Source: Phascolarctobacterium sp. (lineage in GTDB: Bacteria; Bacillota; Negativicutes; Acidaminococcales; Acidaminococcaceae). Taken from it: a stretch of DNA of 64,000 bases. The number at the start of each line of letters is the position of its first letter. Within the stretch, counting starts at the first letter, position 1. The notes beneath the pieces are model-generated. The model was not told the DNA's origin and ran no database searches. It saw only the letters and a program-made list of their open reading frames with translations. The position numbers and the translations under genes were made by a program. Shown here one piece after another: positions 57,086 through 64,000 of this stretch. The stretch covers positions 10,978-74,977 of the forward strand of contig SFCN01000001.1 in the NCBI GenBank assembly GCA_004558595.1, written 5' to 3'.

Positions 57086-58033
57086 CTAATTAAATTGTCC
57101 CAAGTGTAAACGAGTAATAATTTTCTGCATATCCTCCGGCAAGGACGCCTCAAACCGCATGCGCTCACCGGTGCGAGGATGGGTAAATTCTAGAGTCTGA
57201 GAATGCAGGGCCTGACCCTTAATGGCGAAGGTAGTTTTCATAGGCGAATACTTAGGGTCCCCCACCAAGGGATAACCTAGGTACTCCATATGTACACGAA
57301 TTTGGTGAGTACGCCCGGTGCGCAGCTTACAACGCACCAAAGTGTATTTGCCAAAGCGCTCCACAACCTCGTAATCAGTAATAGCCTCTCGGCCATTCTC
57401 CTTGACCACCGCCATCTTTTTGCGGTCCACCTTATCCCGTGCAATTTGGGTTTCAATGGTTCCGCTGTCAGTCTTAATATTTCCTCGTACCACAGCCAGA
57501 TAGGTGCGACGAGCTGTTTTGGCCTGAATCTGCTGGGACAAGGATAAATGAGCCTCATCGTTTTTCGCGCAGATCATAATGCCGCTGGTATCCTTATCAA
57601 GACGATGCACGATGCCGGGACGAATAACCCCGTTAATACCGGATAAATTCTTGCAGTGATACAGTAGCGCGTTGACCAAGGTACCGCTGTAATTTCCTGC
57701 CGCGGGATGGACCACCATACCCCGGGCCTTGTTGACCACAATCACATCTTCATCCTCATAAATTATATCCAGAGGAATATTTTCCGGCTGAGCGTCCAAG
57801 GGCTGGGGCTCCGGCAGGGTAACCACAATCTCGTCCCCGGCCCTCAGCTTATAATTAGCCTTTAAAACCTTGGCGCCCTTCACTGCACGACCATCCTCCA
57901 AGAGCCTTTGCATATTGGAGCGGGTAATGTCCAAAAGTAGCGCCAAGCCCACATCGGCCCGCTGCCCCGCCTGCTCCTCAGCGATAATCAAGCGTTCTTG
58001 TTCTCCTGCCATTCCTTCAGTAATATGCTCCAT
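57086..58033 (-). CDS. rluD: RluA/RluD-family 23S rRNA pseudouridine synthase
   Basis: The ORF-track start is a TTG at 58090. ATG 58033 is preferred. S4 domain present. Catalytic HRLDKDTSG. Confidence 0.9.
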   Translation of the reverse strand: MEHITEGMAGEQERLIIAEEQAGQRADVGLALLLDITRSNMQRLLEDGRAVKGAKVLKANYKLRAGDEIVVTLPEPQPLDAQPENIPLDIIYEDEDVIVVNKARGMVVHPAAGNYSGTLVNALLYHCKNLSGINGVIRPGIVHRLDKDTSGIMICAKNDEAHLSLSQQIQAKTARRTYLAVVRGNIKTDSGTIETQIARDKVDRKKMAVVKENGREAITDYEVVERFGKYTLVRCKLRTGRTHQIRVHMEYLGYPLVGDPKYSPMKTTFAIKGQALHSQTLEFTHPRTGERMRFEASLPEDMQKIITRLHLGQFN

Positions 58034-58440
58034 ATAATACAACCCACTCCTACACAAATAGCAATATCGGCCACATTGAACACAGGCCAAATGCGAAAAT
58101 CAAAAAAGTCGATGACTAAGCCCTGACGAGCTCTATCAATCAAATTGCCCACAGCTCCGCCACCGAAAAGAGCTGCTCCATAGGTGCACCAGGGTCCATA
58201 TTCGGCAATCTCCCGGCGCATATACCAAATCCCGGTCATAACCGCCAAGGCGATGAGCACGAAGAGCCATCTACTGCCCTCCAGCATACCAAAGGCCGCG
58301 CCCGGGTTCAAAATATAGGTCCAATGAAAAATGTTTTCAATAACAGGCACACTTTCCCCCACATAAAAATGCGCCACCACATAGAGCTTGGTCAGCTGGT
58401 CCAAAACAACCACAGCCAAAGCCACTAGCAAATAAACCAT
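57988..58440 (-). CDS. lspA: Lipoprotein signal peptidase
   Basis: Start at MVYLLVALAVVVLDQLTK (AGGAG RBS). Contains NPGAAFG and FNVADI. Confidence 0.9.
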   Translation of the reverse strand: MVYLLVALAVVVLDQLTKLYVVAHFYVGESVPVIENIFHWTYILNPGAAFGMLEGSRWLFVLIALAVMTGIWYMRREIAEYGPWCTYGAALFGGGAVGNLIDRARQGLVIDFFDFRIWPVFNVADIAICVGVGCIIWSILLKEWQENKNA

Positions 58441-58541
58441 GTAACACTCCTGCGCTGGTCGTACCAGCATTTTTTAGATATTTATACGAATATATTATAC
58501 CATACTCTTAGTATAAAAATACAGACTTCACGAAAACTTAA

Positions 58542-58574
58542 TAAAAAACCCTCCACCTTTTTACAGATGGAGGA
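58542..58574 (-). terminator. Intrinsic terminator after the acyl-CoA dehydrogenase gene
   Basis: Minus-strand CCTCCATCTGTAAAAAGGTGGAGGG followed by TTTTTTATT. Confidence 0.8.
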
Positions 58575-58593
58575 TTCATGAACTACACTAATA

Positions 58594-59736
58594 TTAGTAC
58601 AGCAGCTTGTTAGCGATAACCAAACGTTGAATTTGGTTAGTGCCTTCGTAGATTTGCATGATCTTAGCGTCACGCATCATCTTCTCAACGGGGTATTCCT
58701 TGGTGTAGCCATAGCCACCCATTACTTGGACAGCATCAGTGGTAACCTGCATAGCCACGTCAGCAGCATAGCATTTTGCCATAGCGGCTTCCTTGGAGAA
58801 TTCCATGCCTTGATCACGCATCCAGCAAGCCTTTTGAACCAGCAAGCGAGCAGTTTCAACCTTCATAGCCATATCAGCCAGCATTGCTTGTACCATTTGG
58901 AAGGAAGCGATGGGTTGACCGAATTGACGGCGCTCCTTAGCATATTTCACAGCGCAGTCCAGAGCGGCTTGAGCGATACCAACGGATACAGCGCCAACAA
59001 AGGGACGAGCGCTGTCCAGAGTATTCATAGCGATGCGGAAGCCTTCACCCTCGCGGCCTACGCGATAGGATTCGGGAATAACGACATCCTGCAGTACCAG
59101 CTCGCAGGTATTGGAGGGACGAATGCCCATCTTGTTCTCTTTCTTGCCAACGCTGAAGCCCGGAGTATCCTTGGGAACGATGAAGGCGGTCAAGCCACGG
59201 ATGCCGCCGGTTTTACGGGTGTTAGCGAATACCAGGAAAATCTCTGCCAAGCCACCATTGGTGATGAACATTTTGGTACCGTTCAGAGTATAGGTGCCAT
59301 CTTCCTTATTCTTTTCAGCGCGAGTGGAAACGCCGCCAGCGTCGCTGCCAGCGCCGGGCTCGGTCAAAGCGAAGGCAGCCAAACCACCATTGTTCAGCAC
59401 GTCGCAGTACATTTTCTTTTGCTCATCGGTACCAGCAAGCAGCACGGGCACAGTAGCCAGGCTGTTCGCAGCCAAGGAGGTAGCGACACCGGCGCAGCCC
59501 TTGCCCAGCTCTTCATAAATAGTAGCGATAGCGATGCTGTCCAGACCAGGGCCATCCAGCTCTTCCGGTACGATTACATTGAGTAAGCCCATTTCGTTGG
59601 CCTTTTCCATGAGGCCATCACGCCAATGGTTTTGTTCGTCCATTTCAGCGGCGTAGGGAGTAATTTCCTTTTCAACGAACTCCCGCACCATTTCCTGTAG
59701 TTCTAATTGTTCCTCGTTTAATGCAAAATCCATCAT
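58594..59736 (-). CDS. Acyl-CoA dehydrogenase (short-chain/butyryl-CoA type)
   Basis: 380 aa. Contains LTEPGAGSD, and the C-terminal part has YEGTNQIQRLVIA. Confidence 0.9.
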   Translation of the reverse strand: MMDFALNEEQLELQEMVREFVEKEITPYAAEMDEQNHWRDGLMEKANEMGLLNVIVPEELDGPGLDSIAIATIYEELGKGCAGVATSLAANSLATVPVLLAGTDEQKKMYCDVLNNGGLAAFALTEPGAGSDAGGVSTRAEKNKEDGTYTLNGTKMFITNGGLAEIFLVFANTRKTGGIRGLTAFIVPKDTPGFSVGKKENKMGIRPSNTCELVLQDVVIPESYRVGREGEGFRIAMNTLDSARPFVGAVSVGIAQAALDCAVKYAKERRQFGQPIASFQMVQAMLADMAMKVETARLLVQKACWMRDQGMEFSKEAAMAKCYAADVAMQVTTDAVQVMGGYGYTKEYPVEKMMRDAKIMQIYEGTNQIQRLVIANKLLY

Positions 59737-59798
59737 GTCCTCCTTAATTAACTTGCGTGCTCTCCGCAGTCTTCTCCCTTACCAAATCAACCCTTGAG

Positions 59799-60245
59799 TC
59801 ACCACTTGGCGGGTATTTCTTCAAAGCGTCCCACGATAAACATGGTTGTCAGAATCGTGGCCATCAGCCTATCCTCATCATCATACATTTCAGCCTCGAT
59901 TACCATGGTTGTATGTCCATGATGGCGGACCCTACTCCTAACGTAGACCCGACCCGCGCTATGCACATTCCTGATAAAGTTCATGCTGAAATTCAGCGTG
60001 GCTACTGCTGCGCCCACACTGGCACCGGTAACTCCCAAAACGGAATCAGCCAGCGCTGTAAAAACACCACCATGGCAAATACCACGATGATTAAAATGCT
60101 TTTGTGGGTCAATATCTATACTTACCACTGCCCCACCGCAGGTTATTTCATCAATATGCACACCAAAATTGTTCATAAAGGAATTATAACCATACATTTT
60201 GCGAATATAGGCAGGAACATCTTTTACCTGTTCCACCAAAGCCAT
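59799..60245 (-). CDS. PaaI-family hotdog-fold thioesterase
   Basis: Contains HRGICHGGVFTALADSVLG. Confidence 0.75.
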   Translation of the reverse strand: MALVEQVKDVPAYIRKMYGYNSFMNNFGVHIDEITCGGAVVSIDIDPQKHFNHRGICHGGVFTALADSVLGVTGASVGAAVATLNFSMNFIRNVHSAGRVYVRSRVRHHGHTTMVIEAEMYDDEDRLMATILTTMFIVGRFEEIPAKW

Positions 60246-60333
60246 CGCCTTCTTTCCAACGGACGCAAATACTTATGTCATTATATCTCCGTTATTTTAC
60301 CACAATTTTGCAATTAACTCAAGATTTTTATGC

Positions 60334-60376
60334 AAAAAAAGGGCCGAAAGGAAAGCTATTTTCTTTCCCTTCGGCC
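60334..60376 (-). terminator. Intrinsic terminator after the glutamine synthetase gene
   Basis: Long stem GGGCCGAAAGGAAAG...CTTTCCCTTCGGCC followed by T7 on the minus strand. Confidence 0.85.
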
Positions 60377-60409
60377 TATTGCTGTTAAAAAATCACTTTA
60401 AGTGACTAA

Positions 60410-62353
60410 TTAGTCAATAATGTTTTGTTTATAATCATGATAAAGAGCCTTCAGCTCCTCCATTACAGCGCACATTTCAATCTTCAAATTGGAGGCTGCG
60501 TCGTAATCTCCGGCAGCTATCGCACGACGAATACTAGTAAAGAGGCTCTTTTCTTCAAAGGAATCCTTGGCCAAGCGTGCACGCAGCACTTGAATCTTAT
60601 GCCACAGCGCCAGATCGCAGTCCGTGGAGCTTTCAGGGCTGTGTAGCTTCTTCATATCGACCACAGCTTGGTAGTATTCGGGAATCAGGCGGGTCAAAAG
60701 TTCCGTAGTCCAACGAATTAAAGCGCCCTGACGGAAGGATTCGATATATTCCTTGCGCAGGATATTGCCCTGAGTCAGCACTGCCACCTTCTCGGGATAT
60801 TGGTCGAAGGCCTTCAGGTTTTCCCAGACAGTCGCGGGAGGCTCGCCAAAGAGCTTGCTGCGCTCCTCCGCAGTGAAGTCCTCGAAGACATCCTCTTCGG
60901 TGCGGTATTGACGGTCCTTTTCTAAATAGAAGCCCTCTTCACCGGCAGCCTTGGAGATTTCCTTTTCTAGAGCAGCCAAATCCTTGCCGGATTCCACACA
61001 GGCCTTGATGCCGTCTAGGCAGGACAGATAGAAAGCGGCGATAGCGATGTAAGTATTGGTATAGGGGTTAGGAGAACGCATCTCGATGCGAGTAGCCTTC
61101 GGATTATCCAAGTCACGGATCAGTCCGGCCAGAATGGTTCTGTTCCGGGACGGATTATCAGGGCTCATGCCAAGGCTGGTAACAATGCAAACCGGCGCTT
61201 CAAAGCCGGGTTTCAGACGGTTCAAGGAGTCGATGGTGCAGGAAATAAAGGGATTGGTCACCTCGTAGTTTTTCAGGAGGCCCATCAAAGCGCCATAGCC
61301 AATAGCGGACAGGAATTCCTTGTGCATATCCTTAGGAGAGAACAGGTTGACGATTTTGCCGTTCTTCAGCTTAGCCGCCATGCCCACATGGGTATGCTCG
61401 CCACTGCCTGCTACGCCCGGAATAGGCTTAGCCTGGAAGGAAACCTCGAGGCCATTCATACGGAATACTTCCTTAACGATGATGCGAGCCAAAATCTCGT
61501 TATCGCCGGTCTGTACGCCGCTGGCGAACTTCCAGTCCACCTCCAGCTGCTCCATAACGTGAGTCATGTGACCGGAGCCATCGATTTGACCCTTAACGCC
61601 GCCACATTCCTTATGTCCCATTTCCGGCTCCAAGCCGTACAGATCCAGAATCTCCACGGTTTGCTCTAGGGCAGTGCGCACGTTGCCACGGGTACGCTGC
61701 CAATATTGCTCCTGCATCATTTGAGAGGAGCTCAGCGCTTCAATGGGAGCGTCCTCGCGAGGAGATTTTACCCAAAACTCCAGCTCGGTAGCGCTGGTAA
61801 AGATCAGTTTTTCAATATCATTAGCATTGATATGCTCCAGGCCAGGAATCACCGGATGCTTTTTGAAGAGCTCCATGATCTCGCCTTCCACATAATCAAG
61901 GGTATTCTTTAAAATAGAACGGGAGTCGACGAAATTACCATTATGCAGCAAATAGCAGGGAATGCGCAGGGTACCGATCATTCTGCCGTTTGCAGCATCA
62001 AAATGCTCGTAGTTATAATCTACAAACCAATTTACAGTTTTATCCACAACCATGTCCACGCGAGCATTGTTCAAGGTGGCAATGCCGGTGAGTACAACGG
62101 AGGAGCCGTCGGTTTGAGCAGCGCTGCCCTCCAGGAAGCTCTCCATATCCTCTAAGAAAATCTTCATGGGGATTTTTTCATCGGTATCGTTGCCAGCGAA
62201 ATCAACGCCCATCAAGGAAACGAATTTAACCTCCGGATGCAGGGACAGCAAAGCACGTAAATCCTGCTCGTTTTGTTGTTCAGGTTTAATTACATACAAT
62301 AATTCCTTATTATTCATGATTGTGCGCAGCCTAGGGCTGCTCTCCTTTCTCAA
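60410..62353 (-). CDS. Glutamine synthetase family protein, type-III-like (647 aa)
   Basis: GS C-domain pattern NRTILAGLIRD...RIEMRSPNPYTNTYIAIAAF. The length and a ~180-aa C-terminal extension fit GSIII rather than GSI. The ORF-track start is a TTG at 62353, with an alternative ATG at 62317. Confidence 0.65.
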   Translation of the reverse strand: MRKESSPRLRTIMNNKELLYVIKPEQQNEQDLRALLSLHPEVKFVSLMGVDFAGNDTDEKIPMKIFLEDMESFLEGSAAQTDGSSVVLTGIATLNNARVDMVVDKTVNWFVDYNYEHFDAANGRMIGTLRIPCYLLHNGNFVDSRSILKNTLDYVEGEIMELFKKHPVIPGLEHINANDIEKLIFTSATELEFWVKSPREDAPIEALSSSQMMQEQYWQRTRGNVRTALEQTVEILDLYGLEPEMGHKECGGVKGQIDGSGHMTHVMEQLEVDWKFASGVQTGDNEILARIIVKEVFRMNGLEVSFQAKPIPGVAGSGEHTHVGMAAKLKNGKIVNLFSPKDMHKEFLSAIGYGALMGLLKNYEVTNPFISCTIDSLNRLKPGFEAPVCIVTSLGMSPDNPSRNRTILAGLIRDLDNPKATRIEMRSPNPYTNTYIAIAAFYLSCLDGIKACVESGKDLAALEKEISKAAGEEGFYLEKDRQYRTEEDVFEDFTAEERSKLFGEPPATVWENLKAFDQYPEKVAVLTQGNILRKEYIESFRQGALIRWTTELLTRLIPEYYQAVVDMKKLHSPESSTDCDLALWHKIQVLRARLAKDSFEEKSLFTSIRRAIAAGDYDAASNLKIEMCAVMEELKALYHDYKQNIID

Positions 62354-62449
62354 TACTCCCTAAATAACGACAGAAAAAACAAAAAGACCTTTTCAAGCAG
62401 GGCCCACTTCACCCCATCTTAAAAAAGTCCTCGTTGACTGTACAGAGTA

Positions 62450-62478
62450 ATTATATCAAGTAAAGCTGGCTTTGTCCA
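62450..62478 (-). promoter_or_regulatory. Candidate promoter for the glutamine synthetase gene
   Basis: Minus-strand TGGACA - 17 nt - TATAAT. The -35 box lies in the loop of the upstream hairpin. Confidence 0.4.
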
Positions 62479-62593
62479 GCTTTTTGTGGGGAGGAAAGAT
62501 TCATATAGCCGTCTTAAAGCGCAATGTTTAAGCATCCAAGCCTATAAATTTAACACACATACTTCGCCTAACTAGTAGGTATTTAGATATTTA

Positions 62594-64000
62594 TTAGGAG
62601 CTTATGCCCTGCTCCTTGAGAAAGCTAAGCCACTGATTTTGGGTTAGCATAAAATCTACTTTGTCCAAGTTTTGGGCTCGGTGGATGCGCTGTAACATGA
62701 GGCATCCCTTTAAAGCAAGCAAATAGGCCTTGGACGCATGCTTTGGTTCTCCTTCTCCATTGCTGGGCAATGCGAAAAAGACGCAGCCAATTTGATTGGC
62801 ATAGCCCGCTAAGCCCACTACCTTGGGCGCTAGCTGGTAGCCATTGAGCAGTCCTCCCGGCTCTTTAGGCTCGCGCTTTTTAAGCGCTAGATAGTTTAGC
62901 TTATGCGCCAAATTAAGCGCAAACTGCATATAGAGCTTGGGCGCACGCACCCTGTCTCGCTTATTTTTGCTCAAGTCCTCTAGCACTACGATTGCATCGT
63001 ATTTTAAGATGAGTTTACTGAGCTCGCTTACCAGCGCAGCCATGTAGCCCAAGCGAAGGTTCTTGATTTTTTCCATTTGCAGCCAGTTTCTTTGGGCCTC
63101 AATCCGTTCTTCTTCACGCAGCGCCAGGGCTTGATAATAATTATAGCTATTGAATTCGTTATAAACCTTTTGGTAGACAATTTTTCCATCAGGGCTCACT
63201 ATAACGACCTCGGCCAAATTGTCGCCGCCTAAATACACGCCAATGCTGTTCACTTGCTTAGCCTTGAGCAGCGCTCGCATATCCTTGTTAAAGCTATAGT
63301 CGTTCCCTGTGCAGCGATAGTTAATGGCTATAGGGAAATGGGCAAGCATTTGCTCCTGCGTATAGCGTTTATCCTTGATAATATCTTGGGCCGCTTTTTT
63401 CCATTTTACCTTGCCTTGATCCATGAGCAGAGCCGCTTCTGGCAATAGTTCCTTGGTTTTACCATTTAAGTATTGGCTGATATTACGCACTATCTCGGCA
63501 GGCAGTGGATTATGATCGTGATCTAGTTTGTTAACGATAACACTGCCCTGCTTATGGCTTACCATAGCAGGCGCTGAAGCAGGACGGTAGTACACTTCTA
63601 CGCCGCCTAAAAGCTTCAAGATGCGTTCTTCTTTATTTATCTCATTGAACAAGGCGCGCCACAGCTGGGTTTGCTCGTCCTCTACCTCTGGATTTAAGGA
63701 GCTTTTAATAAAATCCTTATTTTCTAGACGAAAAAGGAATAAATCCCCTGCTTCCACCAGATCTTCAACACTGGCTTCAGCGATTTTTTGCCAACGTAGT
63801 CCATAGGTAAATTCGTTCACATGGGTAATAAATTCTGTCCAAGATTCATAATCAAGGGTTTCTCTCAGCTTGGACATATCAAAGAAGCTAAAGTCCTTGT
63901 AGGCTTTAATAAAGCGTTTAGCTAGGTCTATGCGCTGGGCGAGCGCCGCTTTATACCCTGCCTCATCCCCTGTTTTGGTCAAATATTGTTTCAGATAGGG
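62594..64000 (-). CDS. Cas12a (Cpf1)-like protein, C-terminal ~469 codons; RuvC-I/III aspartates substituted and Nuc domain absent; 5' part lies beyond the window
   Basis: The frame is open to the window edge. The track's M is an internal TTG preceded by PYLKQY. The ORF is collinear by eye with Cas12a WED/RuvC blocks: DLFLFRLENKDF, IIKDKRYTQEQMLAHFPIAINY, RNWLQMEKIKNLRLGYMAALVSEL, YDAIVVLEDL, HKLNYLALK, GGLLNGYQL, KAYLLALKGCLMLQRI. Confidence 0.8.
   Translation of the reverse strand, partial: PYLKQYLTKTGDEAGYKAALAQRIDLAKRFIKAYKDFSFFDMSKLRETLDYESWTEFITHVNEFTYGLRWQKIAEASVEDLVEAGDLFLFRLENKDFIKSSLNPEVEDEQTQLWRALFNEINKEERILKLLGGVEVYYRPASAPAMVSHKQGSVIVNKLDHDHNPLPAEIVRNISQYLNGKTKELLPEAALLMDQGKVKWKKAAQDIIKDKRYTQEQMLAHFPIAINYRCTGNDYSFNKDMRALLKAKQVNSIGVYLGGDNLAEVVIVSPDGKIVYQKVYNEFNSYNYYQALALREEERIEAQRNWLQMEKIKNLRLGYMAALVSELSKLILKYDAIVVLEDLSKNKRDRVRAPKLYMQFALNLAHKLNYLALKKREPKEPGGLLNGYQLAPKVVGLAGYANQIGCVFFALPSNGEGEPKHASKAYLLALKGCLMLQRIHRAQNLDKVDFMLTQNQWLSFLKEQGISS

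Noticed and set aside
62401-62460. A GlnR/TnrA operator or glutamine riboswitch in the glutamine synthetase leader.
   Set aside because: TGTACAGTCAACGA does not complete the TGTNA-N7-TNACA dyad, and no glnA-RNA-like pseudoknot motif is evident.
62354-62593. A CRISPR array or cas1/cas2/cas4 genes downstream of the Cas12a-like gene.
   Set aside because: No tandem 30-37-nt repeats are present, and the next gene is glutamine synthetase. Only a single weak repeat-like hairpin was found, and it is reported separately as low-confidence.

Overview
This is a 64-kb chromosomal window of about 50% G+C. It looks like a diderm Firmicute of the Negativicutes type. Evidence for that is an SLH-anchored OmpM-like porin and Bacillus-like gene orders (rqcH-yicC-remA-gmk-rpoZ-coaBC ... 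priA-def, and lspA-rluD-pyrR). There are roughly 60 genes, more than 90% on the minus strand.

Core content:
- Replication restart and recombination: priA, ruvABC, recD2, comFC.
- Secretion: secDF-yajC.
- Queuosine genes: tgt, queA, queH.
- metK behind a SAM-I riboswitch.
- A folate operon: QueD/PTPS-like, folE2, folP, folK.
- Nucleoside salvage: deoB, udp, pyrR.
- ppsA, a type-III-like glutamine synthetase and four tRNAs.

Unusual content:
1. At the right edge there is a Cas12a-derived ORF. Its RuvC motif I and III aspartates are replaced and its Nuc domain is missing. No cas1/cas2/cas4 genes or CRISPR array lie downstream.
2. A low-GC AbiEi/AbiEii module sits between a tRNA cluster and rqcH.
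3. Two inverted copies of a non-coding element of about 240 bp, bounded by terminal inverted repeats, sit in the priA|def and folP|folK spacers.
4. A MaoC-bioY-thiolase-acyl-CoA-ligase operon (yhfUTS-like) has a near-consensus promoter overlapped by a BirA-like operator.
5. An AdoMetDC-fold protein lacks the self-processing serine.
6. A solute-binding lipoprotein is paired with a hybrid histidine kinase, with no ABC transporter genes nearby.
7. An orphan pilD-pilMN-pilO set is present.

All calls come from reading and translating the sequence by eye and from remembered family motifs. No searches were run. The ORF track uses TTG/GTG starts shown as M, so several starts were re-picked using RBS context.
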